Shown here: positions 7,579 through 16,945 of the stretch, piece after piece | Layout: each line of letters starts with the position of its first letter | How positions within the stretch are numbered: position 1 is the first letter of the stretch | Translations under genes and position numbers: made by a program | The notes under the pieces: generated by a model | What the model saw: only the letters and a program-made list of their open reading frames with translations | What the model was told of the DNA's origin: nothing | Databases searched by the model: none | Assembly (NCBI GenBank): GCA_042216015.1 | Contig: JBDGUI010000004.1 | Location: forward strand, 1 to 35,292 | Direction: 5' to 3' | DNA: 35,292 nucleotides | Origin: Halodesulfurarchaeum sp. | GTDB taxonomy: Archaea > Halobacteriota > Halobacteria > Halobacteriales > Halobacteriaceae

Positions 7579-9986
7579 CTGATTCAACGACGTCCGCCGA
7601 GAATCCAGCGTCGGGGGAATCAGTTCCAACTGAACTCTCGCGGGACATGAGTCTCTTCGACATCACGTTCATCGGTGTCGGGGCAATGATTGGTGCGGGT
7701 GTATTTGCACTCACTGGATTCGCCGCGGGTATTGCGGGGCCGGCGCTCATTCTCGCGTTCGCCCTCAACGGCTTCGTGGCCCTCTTCACAGCCGTTTCCT
7801 ACGCGGAACTCGGGGCGGCGTTCCCCGAGGCCGGTGGCGGATATCTGTGGGTCAAGGAGGCGCTCGCCGATCCGAACGGGTTCTATGCCGGGTGGATGAG
7901 TTGGTTCGCTCACGCCGTTGCCTGTTCGCTTTATGCGGTCACGTTCGGTGCGTTCCTTTTGGAGTTCATCATTTACGGGACGGCCCTGGGCCACGACTTT
8001 CTCCTTTTCGGCTTTCTCACCCCTGGAATGGTCGATAAGGCCTTTGCCGTACTGATGATCGCCCTCTTTGCGTACATCAACTATCGGGGTGCAGAGGAGA
8101 CCGGGAAAGCTGGTGTGGTCGTCACGGGAATCAAAGTATTGATTCTGGGAATTTTCGTGATCTTTGGCATCAAGGCCACCCTCTCCACCCCGACGTGGCC
8201 TCAGAAGTTCCTCTCGAATCCGGAATTCATGCCCAACGGAATAGTCGGCATCGTCGGGGCGATGGGCTTCACCTATATCGCCTTCGAGGGCTATGAAATC
8301 ATCGTCCAGTCCGGCGAAGAGGTGGTCAACCCAGGCAAGAATATTCCCAAGGCCGTCTTTTACTCGCTGGGAATCGTCGTCCCGATATACATCCTCGTGG
8401 CTTTCTCCGCAATCGGGGGTATCGACGTCACCGAGCGGGCGATCGAACTCGCCCGTCCGCTCGTGGGAGTGACGCCGGAATACACCTGGCAGTTGCTCGG
8501 GGAGATGGGCGAACTCGGAATCATCCGGGCGGCGGGACAGTTCGTCCCCTACGGAGTTCCTCTGCTCCTCGTTGCCGGCCTCGCCGCGACGATGAGTGCC
8601 CTTAACGCGACCATCTACTCGTCTTCACGGGTCTCCTTCGCCATGGGACGGGATCGAGCATTGCCCGCGATATTCGACAGCGTTCACCCGGAAAAGCGCA
8701 CGCCACACTGGGCAATATTGCTCTCGGCCATCTTGATTGCCGGAATGGCCATCTTGCTTCCGATCGAAGCGGTTGCTGCCTCGGCGGATATCATGTTCAT
8801 TTTGCTCTTCGTTCAGGTGAACTGGACGCTCATTCGGATGCGCCAGACCCATCCAGACCTGCCCAGAACTTACGAAGTCCCATACATGCCGTGGCCGCCC
8901 CTTATCGGCATCGGGCTCCAGTTACTCCTGACACCGTTTCTCATCAGGGCTCTCGGACTCGAGGCGATCGGCATCGGAACGAGCAACCACGGGTTGATTG
9001 CGCTTTTCACCACCATCGTCTGGATGGGAATCGGACTGCTGATCTACGCCGGGTACTCAAAACAGAAAGAGGAGGAGAAGCTGGAGACGGAGGCTCCAAC
9101 TGTCATCACCGAAGAGGCCCCGATCGACACGGATTACCAGATCCTGGTTCCGGTCGCCAATCCACAGACGGTAGACCAATTGATGCGGACCGCCTGTGAT
9201 ATCGCTCGAGGTGAGGGGGGCGAAGTGCTGGTGATGAGTGTCGTCACGGTTCCCCAACAGACACCGCTTTCGGAGGGGCGCACGTTCGCCGAGTCGAGGC
9301 GCGAAGTAATCGACCGAGCGACTGAAATCGGCAACGAGGCGGGTGTCCCCGTGAGTGGGGTCATCCGAATCGGACACGACGTCTCGAAAGCGATCTTGAA
9401 CACCGCCGAACAGCGGGAGAGTAACGCTTTGTTACTGGGTTGGCGGGGACGAACGCGGCGGGGTGACTTCGTCTTCGGGAGCAACGTCGACGAGGTTATT
9501 ACGCGGGCGAAGTGCGACGTGCTGGTCGAACGGATCGGGGAAGAAGTCGGTTCCGACGTCGACCGGTTGTTGTTGCCGACTGCAGGGGGTCCCCACTCGG
9601 AGTATGCAGCCCAGGTCGCCTCGGCCATAGCCAGAACGCACGACGCCGAAATCCACGTCACTCATACCATTCCGCCGACAGCGACCGACGCCGACCGCCG
9701 AGACGCGACTGAGAAAATTGAACGAACCAGAGAGGCGATTGGACCGGAGGTCGGCGTCACCGACGAAATAATCGAGGCGGAATCCGTCGTCGATTCGATC
9801 GTCCGGGAATCCGCGGATTTCGATATCACACTCCTCGGCGCGACCCGTGAGGGGCTCTTTCAGCAGCTCCTCTTTGGCGCGATTCCCGAGGAGGTCGGCA
9901 AACGGGCCGAGGGAATCGTCGTCATGGCCAAACGCAATCGTGGACTTGCCTCTCGACTCACCCGGTGGTTCCGCGGGCAGCACTAA
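7575..9986 (+). CDS. Second APC-superfamily transporter with two C-terminal USP domains
   Basis: GAMIGAGVFAL, YAELGAAFPEAGGGY, AFEGYEIIVQSGEE; USP-like ILVPVANP and LLLPTAGGPHS...GATREGLFQQLLFGAIPE. Start taken at ATG 7575. Confidence 0.9.
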   Translation: MTDSTTSAENPASGESVPTELSRDMSLFDITFIGVGAMIGAGVFALTGFAAGIAGPALILAFALNGFVALFTAVSYAELGAAFPEAGGGYLWVKEALADPNGFYAGWMSWFAHAVACSLYAVTFGAFLLEFIIYGTALGHDFLLFGFLTPGMVDKAFAVLMIALFAYINYRGAEETGKAGVVVTGIKVLILGIFVIFGIKATLSTPTWPQKFLSNPEFMPNGIVGIVGAMGFTYIAFEGYEIIVQSGEEVVNPGKNIPKAVFYSLGIVVPIYILVAFSAIGGIDVTERAIELARPLVGVTPEYTWQLLGEMGELGIIRAAGQFVPYGVPLLLVAGLAATMSALNATIYSSSRVSFAMGRDRALPAIFDSVHPEKRTPHWAILLSAILIAGMAILLPIEAVAASADIMFILLFVQVNWTLIRMRQTHPDLPRTYEVPYMPWPPLIGIGLQLLLTPFLIRALGLEAIGIGTSNHGLIALFTTIVWMGIGLLIYAGYSKQKEEEKLETEAPTVITEEAPIDTDYQILVPVANPQTVDQLMRTACDIARGEGGEVLVMSVVTVPQQTPLSEGRTFAESRREVIDRATEIGNEAGVPVSGVIRIGHDVSKAILNTAEQRESNALLLGWRGRTRRGDFVFGSNVDEVITRAKCDVLVERIGEEVGSDVDRLLLPTAGGPHSEYAAQVASAIARTHDAEIHVTHTIPPTATDADRRDATEKIERTREAIGPEVGVTDEIIEAESVVDSIVRESADFDITLLGATREGLFQQLLFGAIPEEVGKRAEGIVVMAKRNRGLASRLTRWFRGQH

Positions 9987-10073
9987 CTTGAAAACCTGAT
10001 ACCAGTTGGCGGCGATTTGTGCCGAACATTGTCACTCCGTGAGTCGAATGGCCAAGAGGGGCCGATCAGTCGG

Positions 10074-10083
10074 TTTTTTTTTT
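10074..10083 (+). terminator. Oligo-T tract, candidate archaeal terminator
   Basis: Run of 10 T about 90 nt after the permease stop. Confidence 0.4.
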
Positions 10084-10226
10084 GGCAGCGAAACCGCGTT
10101 ATTAGGACGATAATGGTACCACCCGTCGGGCCCTGAGTACCAGCTGCGCTCGTTTTTTCGGGTGTATTGGCGGTTTCACAGGCTTGTACATCACCCGAAC
10201 CGGCGACGATTGGATCCGGGACCGGG

Positions 10227-10445
10227 TCAGGGCAGCGTCTCGAACCCGAGCATCGAACGGATGAGACCGGTCTCGGTACCCCGCCACGGCGAGGACGGCC
10301 CCGATCACGATGGCGACGATGCCGAACCCGTTGGTGAGCGATCCAGTTGCGGACAGGCCCGCCACGCCCAGCACGCCCACCACGAGGGGGCCGACCCTCA
10401 GTCCCAGTCGAATACGCGATCGAGGTGTCCGATGTGCTGCCCCAT
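10227..10445 (-). pseudogene. DUF2892/YgaP-like small membrane protein with two frameshifts
   Basis: Stitching frames gives MGQHIGHLDRVF/RLGLRVGPLVVGVLG...IVAIVIGAVLAVAG/TETGLIRSMLGFETLP*, matching the DUF2892 pattern (NVGxxDRxxR...TG...CxxYxxLGxxT). Confidence 0.6.
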
Positions 10446-10521
10446 GCCGTACTATGCCAGTCCGATTCATTCATACGCTCGCCTCTGCCGAATCGAGCGA
10501 ATCGACTGTCTCGATGGCAGG

Positions 10522-13056
10522 TCACCCCTCTCGCGGCAACTCCACGACGAACACCGACCCCCTCGGTTCGTTGTCCTCGACTCGAAGACTGCCACCGTAT
10601 CGCTCGACGAGCGTGTTGACGAGGTACAACCCCAGTCCGGTCCCGTCGCTCTCAAGGCCCTGCTCACCCTTCTCGAAGATCGCGTCCTTTCGATCGTCGG
10701 GAACGCCGGGGCCGTCGTCCGCGAACCGGGCCGTAATCAAGTTCTCGCCACCCGTCACCGAGACTGTGACCGTCGGGTCGGGCTCGTCGTTGTGGACGAT
10801 CGCGTTCTGCAGCAGGTTGCGGAACACCGACTCGAGCATCCCGTCGGCGAGGACGACGGCGTCGGGAATCTCCCCCGCGGTCTCGACGGTGGCCTGGTCG
10901 TAGTTCCCGTCGACACTCTCGATTTCCCCCTCGAGGACCGACCGAAGCGACCGCGCCTCGAGTTCCGTCTCCGAACTCAGCACCACGTCGGCCACGTCCC
11001 GGGCGGTCTCGGTGATTTCGATGGCGTTTCTGGCGGCTTCGAGGACCGTTCGGGCGAATTTCATCCCCTCCTCGTCGGTGTGCTCTTTCAACAGCTCCGC
11101 GTAGGACACGACGAGCTGGAGGTCGTTCCGGATGTCGTGCCGGACGATCTGGTTGAGGATCTCGAGGGTGTCCCGCTGGACCGCGATCTGTTTTTCGTAC
11201 TCCTTGCGTTCGGTGATATTCCGGGCGTACCCGAGGACGCCGTCGGGGTCGGAGCCGACGGATTCGTAGGGGATGAGGATCGTTTGCAGGGTGAGCAGGT
11301 CGCCGTCGGCGGTCCGGGCCTGTCGCTCCGGGATTACGAGCGATTCCCCCGTCTCGATGACCTCCAGATCCTCCTCGCGGTAGCGTTCGAGGGCCTCCTC
11401 GGACACCCCAAGATCCCGATTGGTCTTTCCGACCAATTCGGCCGGCTCTCGGTCGAAAAGCTCGGCGACGGCCTCGTTCGCCAGGAGGTATTCCCCGTCC
11501 CGATTCTTGACGAAGATCGGGTCCGGCACGAGATCGATGATCTGACGAAGTCGCTTTCTCGATTCCTTTTGCTTCCGTTCGGCTCGCTTTTGCTCGTCGA
11601 TGTCCTGATGGATACCCACCGATCGGACGGGATCGCCGTTTTCGTCCCACTCCATCACCTTCCCGATGTTTCTGATCCACTTCCACTCGCCGTCGGCGGT
11701 CCTGAGGCGATAGTCGACGGTGTAGAGGTCCTTTTCGCCCTCGATGTGCGCCTCGAGTGCTCGATCGTGGGGCTCCCGATCGTCCGGGTGGAGCAACCCC
11801 TCCCATCCGCGTATCGACCCCGCTATCTCCCCCCACTCGTATCCAAGCATCTCGGCCCATTGACCGCTCCGGGTCACCGTATCCGACTTTATGTCCCAGT
11901 CCCAGATCCCCAGATTGGCCCCCTCGATGGCCAGATCCAGTCGCTCGGACTTCTCCTCGAGTTCCCGCTCCCGCCGTTTCCGCCGGGTGATGTCCCGTAT
12001 CGCGGTGACGTCCCCCACGATGTTCCCGCCCTCGTCCCGGAGCGGGTAGAACCTGATATCCAGGGTCCGTTCCTCGCCCGCAGCGTTCTGTCGGGCCGTC
12101 TCGAAGGAGACGCGTTCTCCATCATAGACCCGATCGAGGAAGGATTTGATCTCATCGAAGTCTCCCCCACCGATGACCGACCGGTTTTCCACACCCGAGA
12201 GGTCCGTCTCCGGTGGAATGTCGTAGAACTCCCGGTAGCGCTCGTTGGCGAACAGGTACTCGTGGGTGCGGTTCGAGGCCGCGAGCATGTCGGTGGAACT
12301 CTCGACGGCCTGTCGGTATCGCTCCAACTCTCGCTCCTGGGCCTTCCGATCGGTGATCTCGCGATCGATCGCGAAGAATCCGATGACGGTTCCCGACTCG
12401 TCGTGGCGTGGAATCTTGTTCACCGAGTACCAGTGTTCGGTTCCATCGGCGTGGGTCAACTTTCGTTCCCGGTCGAGTACCGGCTCGCCCCGAAGGGCCC
12501 TTCGCTCGGATTCGAGCACCTCGGCGGCCCGCTCCTCGGGCCAGAGCTCATCGGTTCGCTTGCCGATCAGGTCGGCTGGCTCCGAATCGAGCACCTCGGC
12601 GAAGGAGCGCCCACAGCGAACGAGCCGGTGGTCGGTGTCTTTGAAGTAAAGGAGGTCTGCGGAGGCCTCGGTGAGCAATTCGAAGAGCTCCCGGTCTTTC
12701 GTCTGGTCCCGGGTGGTGAGCAGGTGGTCGTCGAATTCGGTGTGTTCCCGGCTTTGACCGACGGTCTCGACCCACTTCCATCGCCCGTCGGCTGCTCGGA
12801 CGCGGTGGCTGATCGGGTCTCGTGAGACCCGCTCCTCGGCAACGAGGTCAGCGAACCGCGAGGCGACCCGTTCGCGATCCTCGGGATGGACGATCGAGAG
12901 AATCGACTCACCGTGGAGTGTCGACCGGTCGTACCCGATCACGGATTCGACGGCCGGACTCACGTACGAAATCGTTCCCTCGTCGCCCACCAGGGTGAGT
13001 ACGTCCGTCACGTCTCCCAACAGATCATCGAGGATCGATTTGTGATCGCCTGCCAT
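10522..13056 (-). CDS. Soluble multi-PAS (five PAS) sensor histidine kinase
   Basis: Five PAS/PAC repeats; H-box RHDIRNDLQ, N-box NLLQNAIVH, DDGPGVP, GTGLGLYLV; no TM segment. Start taken at ATG 13056 (in-frame ATGs further upstream are possible). Confidence 0.9.
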   Translation of the reverse strand: MAGDHKSILDDLLGDVTDVLTLVGDEGTISYVSPAVESVIGYDRSTLHGESILSIVHPEDRERVASRFADLVAEERVSRDPISHRVRAADGRWKWVETVGQSREHTEFDDHLLTTRDQTKDRELFELLTEASADLLYFKDTDHRLVRCGRSFAEVLDSEPADLIGKRTDELWPEERAAEVLESERRALRGEPVLDRERKLTHADGTEHWYSVNKIPRHDESGTVIGFFAIDREITDRKAQERELERYRQAVESSTDMLAASNRTHEYLFANERYREFYDIPPETDLSGVENRSVIGGGDFDEIKSFLDRVYDGERVSFETARQNAAGEERTLDIRFYPLRDEGGNIVGDVTAIRDITRRKRRERELEEKSERLDLAIEGANLGIWDWDIKSDTVTRSGQWAEMLGYEWGEIAGSIRGWEGLLHPDDREPHDRALEAHIEGEKDLYTVDYRLRTADGEWKWIRNIGKVMEWDENGDPVRSVGIHQDIDEQKRAERKQKESRKRLRQIIDLVPDPIFVKNRDGEYLLANEAVAELFDREPAELVGKTNRDLGVSEEALERYREEDLEVIETGESLVIPERQARTADGDLLTLQTILIPYESVGSDPDGVLGYARNITERKEYEKQIAVQRDTLEILNQIVRHDIRNDLQLVVSYAELLKEHTDEEGMKFARTVLEAARNAIEITETARDVADVVLSSETELEARSLRSVLEGEIESVDGNYDQATVETAGEIPDAVVLADGMLESVFRNLLQNAIVHNDEPDPTVTVSVTGGENLITARFADDGPGVPDDRKDAIFEKGEQGLESDGTGLGLYLVNTLVERYGGSLRVEDNEPRGSVFVVELPREG

Positions 13057-13148
13057 GTGATACCTTGACTTGGGCCCCCGCACCATACTGCTTGTGGTCC
13101 TCCCAGTCGATTTGTCGGCATGCGCCGGCTCCATCCCCGAACGCCGGG

Positions 13149-13173
13149 TAATTACGTTTAATTAAAATTTATG
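13149..13173 (+). promoter_or_regulatory. AT-rich promoter with TAATTA-N4-TAATTA palindrome and TATA box
   Basis: TAATTACGTTTAATTA followed by TTTATG (13168-13173), 26-31 nt before ATG 13199. Confidence 0.5.
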
Positions 13174-13198
13174 AGTTCCCGGTCCGTGGAACCCATCG

Positions 13199-13399
13199 AT
13201 GAGCGAGTACACGACGATCTCCCTCAAGCGCGAGTTCGTGGAGGACGTCGAGGCGTACATCGAAGACGAGCCATTTAGCTCCGTCAAAGAGTTCGTCAAA
13301 CACCTCCTCCTGCGGGAGATGGAGACCGAGGAGGGCATTTCGGAGGCGGAGGCAAAGGCGCTGGGACGGAAACTCCGCGATCTCGGCTACGTGGAATAA
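13199..13399 (+). CDS. CopG/RHH-like small DNA-binding protein
   Basis: YTTISLKREFVEDVE...FSSVKEFVKHLL...KLRDLGYVE; acidic; TATA box upstream. Confidence 0.75.
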   Translation: MSEYTTISLKREFVEDVEAYIEDEPFSSVKEFVKHLLLREMETEEGISEAEAKALGRKLRDLGYVE

Positions 13400-13615
13400 A
13401 TGACCGGAAGCGGACAGCCGGGGACCGGCGCGATCCCCTCCCGATACGACGCGACGCTATTCGCGATCCCGGCGCTCTTCTTTCTGACGGGCCTTGTAGC
13501 GATGGTCTTCGACGTCAATCATCTGCTCGCCTTCGGCATCGCTTCGCTCGCAAGCGTTCTCCTGGTCGCCGACTCGCTCTTCGTCAATCCCCCGGTCGGA
13601 ACGGGCTTTCGCTGA
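13400..13615 (+). CDS. Small two-TM membrane protein
   Basis: Abuts the previous stop; RYDATLFAIP...two hydrophobic helices...DSLFVNPP. Confidence 0.7.
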   Translation: MTGSGQPGTGAIPSRYDATLFAIPALFFLTGLVAMVFDVNHLLAFGIASLASVLLVADSLFVNPPVGTGFR

Positions 13616-13668
13616 CCGCGACCATCGCGACCGAAAGGGAGAGGAGGGTGCCGGCCCAGGCTCTCGGC

Positions 13669-13947
13669 ATGGCTCCAACCGTCGACGACCGTCGAGACGA
13701 GATCCGCGAGGCCGTGGGTCGCCAGGCTCGAATCGAGTCCACGGCGTTCACGAAAGAGGCACTTGCGACCGTCTGCGAGGCAGTCGGAGAGCCAGTCGAG
13801 TCCGGCCGACTGCCGCCGAAAAAAGCGATGCGGGCCCGGATCCTGCGGGCCATCGACCGGGACGAGGACCCGATCCCTGACGCCCTCGATCGCCCGTTCC
13901 GCAAGGCCGAACTGGACTCGATCGCGGCTGCTCTCGGGGCCGATTGA
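13669..13947 (+). CDS. Hypothetical protein (92 aa)
   Basis: Acidic halophile-like composition; GGAGG upstream; internal repeat FTKEAL/FRKAEL. Confidence 0.65.
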   Translation: MAPTVDDRRDEIREAVGRQARIESTAFTKEALATVCEAVGEPVESGRLPPKKAMRARILRAIDRDEDPIPDALDRPFRKAELDSIAAALGAD

Positions 13948-14002
13948 GCCGTCGAGGAGCACATCGACTGCATATATCAATCTCCTTCCCATCGGTTCAC
14001 GT

Positions 14003-14515
14003 ATGGACCCCTCCACCGCAGTACTTCGCCGGTTTCCCCGCGACCGACCGATCGTCTCCCTTCTCCTGATCGTGGTGGCCGTCGAAATAGCGGGGGCTTC
14101 GGGGGCGATTTTCACCGTGCAGGGGCTGGGAGAGTGGTACGGCTCTCTCACCCAGCCCGCCATCGCACCGCCGAACTGGGTCTTCGGTCCGGTCTGGACC
14201 ACGCTGTTCGTCCTGATGGGAATCGCCGTCTGGCTCGTCTGGCGCGGCGCGCCGGACTCGCCTGAGCGTGTCCGCCTCGCGATGGTCGTCTTCGGGATTC
14301 ACTTCGCGTTCAACCTGGCGTGGTCGGCGGCCTTTTTCGCGCTGCAGGCGATCGCCCTCGGACTCGCTGCGATCCTGGTTCTCTGGGTCCTCATCCTCGC
14401 CACCATCTGGGCTTTCGACCGTGTCGATCGGCGCGCCGCGGTCCTTCTCGTTCCATACCTCCTCTGGGTGTCCTTCGCCACCGTCCTCAACTACCGGTTC
14501 TGGATCCTGAATTGA
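14003..14515 (+). CDS. tspO: TspO/MBR tryptophan-rich sensory protein
   Basis: WYGSLTQPAIAPPNWVFGPVWTTLF, FNLAWSAAFF, LVPYLLWVSFATVLNY. Confidence 0.95.
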   Translation: MDPSTAVLRRFPRDRPIVSLLLIVVAVEIAGASGAIFTVQGLGEWYGSLTQPAIAPPNWVFGPVWTTLFVLMGIAVWLVWRGAPDSPERVRLAMVVFGIHFAFNLAWSAAFFALQAIALGLAAILVLWVLILATIWAFDRVDRRAAVLLVPYLLWVSFATVLNYRFWILN

Positions 14516-14608
14516 GTGGGGGCTGGGACGTCTTCCATCACTTCGGACGGGCTGGTTCCCGGCTACCCCGGGATGGACTTTTCATGATGGGCATCGAAGC
14601 GAGCGAGC

Positions 14609-14686
14609 ATGGACGGTGACCGACAGGTTGCAGGGTTCCGGTTGGCGGTGTCGGGCCGCCACGGCCGGGTGATCTGGCTCCCATGA
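14609..14686 (+). CDS. 25-aa upstream micro-ORF coupled to the MFS start
   Basis: ACTTTTCAT (14577-14585) lies ~25-30 nt before ATG 14609; its TGA overlaps ATG 14683. Confidence 0.3.
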   Translation: MDGDRQVAGFRLAVSGRHGRVIWLP

Positions 14687-15988
14687 CGGCCCGATGGATG
14701 GTCTCCCTGGGGGCTCGGCGCCGTCGCCTTCGGCGGTGCCTCGCTATTGGTCCCACTCTACCTCGTCCAGTTGGGCGCCTCGCCTTTCGATCTGGGGATC
14801 ATGGCCGCTGCGGCCGCGATCATCGGCGCACCGGGTGCCATGCTGTTCGGCCGGCTGGCGAGCGGGGCAAGTCACCGCCGATCCCTCGTTCTCTTCACCC
14901 TGGCGACGGCGGCAGTGACCCTCTCGGTGTTTCCGTTTCTCCATACCATCGCTGCCGTGATCGCGGTGAACACGGCGCTCTGGTTCGTCGTCGCGTCGGT
15001 TGGGCCGGTGGTGACCATGCTGGTCGTCGAGGACGCCGCCGAATCCGAGTGGAGCACCCAGATCGGCGTCATGAATTCCTACTACGGCTATGGCTGGGCC
15101 GGCGGACTCGTGATCGGGATGGTCTGGCCGATCGTCGGATCCTGGTTCGTCCCCGCTGGCCTGGCCGACCTGGGGCTCTTCTGGGTGCTTGCCGTCGTCG
15201 CGGGGCTCAGCACAATGAGTGCAGCCTGGACGCTGCCGAGCCCTGACGGGAAAGCGTCCGTCACGAGCGCCCGGACGGCCCGTCGAATCGCCAGGCTGCT
15301 CGCCCGCTCGGGAACGAACGTGCGGGGAGCGACGTTCGTCTTCCCCGCGAACCGACTCTTCTGGGCGACGCGGGGATTTCGGTTGACCAAGTTGACGGCC
15401 ATCCTCGACTCGACGCTCTCGGTCTTTCTTCTCGCGTCGGGCCTGTTCTTCGCCGGGTTTGCCGTGTTCTGGGCCCCGTTACCCCACCTGCTCGCAGGTA
15501 TCGGGCTCGAACCCGGACCGATCTTCGGGCTGTATCTGCTCTCGAGTCTCTCGGGGGCGGTATGCTTCGAACCGGTCGGCCGACTCGCAAGGCGCGTCGA
15601 TTCGTGGTGGCTGGTGGGGGGCGCCCTCGCCCTCAGAGGACTCCTGTTTCCCCTCGTCGCGATCGGTGCCGGGCTCGGCTTCACGGCACTCGGAAGCGTC
15701 GTTCTCGGGGGGCTTCTCCTTGCCGTGGGAATGACGTGGGCCGTGATCGCCGTGGTCGGGACGACGATCGTCACCCAGCTCGCCCCGCCAGGGGTTCGCG
15801 GGGAAGCACTGGGGAGTTACGTGGCGATCGGCGCCGTCGCCGGTGGACTCGGGAGTCTCTTGGGGGGTTGGCTTGCGACCTTCGGCTTTCTGCTGGCGTT
15901 TTCGGTCGCCGGTGGGCTGGTGGTGCTCGGTTCCGCACTCGTCATCTCGTTGCGAGACCGGTCGGCCGGCGGAGCCGGCGACCAATAG
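14683..15988 (+). pseudogene. MFS transporter with a 1-nt frameshift after codon 8
   Basis: MTARWMVS + extra C (CCC 14705-14707) + WGLGAVAFGGASLLVPLY; about 12 TM; motif A-like FGRLASGASHRR and VGRLARRVD. Confidence 0.7.
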
Positions 15989-15993
15989 CGAGT

Positions 15994-16413
15994 TCAACGG
16001 ATCACGTTCTTCGCGTAGGCCCCGGCGAGCATCGCGGCGATCGCGACGAGAATCGGGTAGTTCCCGATCCCCACGCTCGCGTAGGCGGCCCCCGGACAGA
16101 TGCCCGAGAGCCCCCACCCGACCCCGAAAAGTACCCCACCGAGGAGGACGTCGTTGTCCATGGACCTGAGCCGCCTCGTGTACGTCGCCCCGGTGAGCGG
16201 TGCCGTTCGGTCGAGTCGGGTGCCGACGCCGATGGTCAGGCCGGTCACGATCGCGCCGCCGCCCATCACGAACAGCAGTCCGAAGTCCTCGAGCTGAAGG
16301 AAGGAGAGGACGACCTCCGGTCGGGCCATCTGGCTTGCGGCCAGTCCGACCCCGAAGAGCAGCCCGCCGAGATAGATCACGAGGTAAAACACGAGTCCCC
16401 GGTCACCGCTCAT
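15994..16413 (-). CDS. YeeE/YedE-family sulfur-compound transporter subunit (DUF6691/PmpB-like)
   Basis: GLLFGVGLAASQMARPEVVLSFL and GGVLFGVGWGLSGICPG. Confidence 0.88.
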   Translation of the reverse strand: MSGDRGLVFYLVIYLGGLLFGVGLAASQMARPEVVLSFLQLEDFGLLFVMGGGAIVTGLTIGVGTRLDRTAPLTGATYTRRLRSMDNDVLLGGVLFGVGWGLSGICPGAAYASVGIGNYPILVAIAAMLAGAYAKNVIR

Positions 16414-16454
16414 GGTGATACCCCACGGGTCGAATCTGTCCCACCGTCGTTCAT
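16410..16454 (-). CDS. 14-aa bridging micro-ORF MNDGGTDSTRGVSP
   Basis: ATGA overlap with the upstream stop (16451-16454) and with the downstream start (16410-16413). Confidence 0.4.
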   Translation of the reverse strand: MNDGGTDSTRGVSP

Positions 16455-16942
16455 GGACTCACCCCGAGGGCCCCGACGAGGAGTGCAGTCCCGATCGCGA
16501 CGAGGAGAAAGACCGCGACGTTCGCGATCGAAGTCTCCGAGAGCGAGCCGACGCCACAGATTCCATGACCGGAGGTACAGCCCTTCCCGAGTCGGGTTCC
16601 CAGCCCGACGAGGAAGCCGCCGACGGCCAGCCGCCAGAGCTGAACCTCGGTCGTCCAGATACCGCCACCCCTGACGAGCGTGAAGAGCGCTGCGCCAGAG
16701 ACGATGCCCGCGGTGAAGACGAGCCGCCAGCCCCGGGAGCTCCTGAGCGGGAGGCGATTGAGCGACTCCCGCCGGGAGACGTAACTCAGTGATGATTCGA
16801 GGACCGTGCTCGCGCCCGGCGTGAGCCCCGTCAAGGCGTAAATGAACGAGACGCCGAGGCCGATGAGCACCCCGCCGACCGCGTAGTGGAGCACGCCGTT
16901 TGGAAACAGCGCCGTGAGGAGCTCCGGTGGGGGCGGCGCCAT
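16451..16942 (-). CDS. YeeE/YedE-family sulfur-compound transporter subunit (PmpA-like)
   Basis: GGVLIGLG and GGFLVGLGTRLGKGCTSGHGICG signature. Confidence 0.9.
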   Translation of the reverse strand: MAPPPPELLTALFPNGVLHYAVGGVLIGLGVSFIYALTGLTPGASTVLESSLSYVSRRESLNRLPLRSSRGWRLVFTAGIVSGAALFTLVRGGGIWTTEVQLWRLAVGGFLVGLGTRLGKGCTSGHGICGVGSLSETSIANVAVFLLVAIGTALLVGALGVSP

Positions 16943-16945
16943 GGA

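Noticed and set aside
10102..10470. 122-aa ORF as an intact gene
   Set aside because: Only its middle is protein-like; better explained as one frame of the DUF2892 pseudogene.
10162..12825. 887-aa plus-strand ORF
   Set aside because: Antisense shadow of the PAS kinase; typical of GC-rich coding DNA; no motifs.
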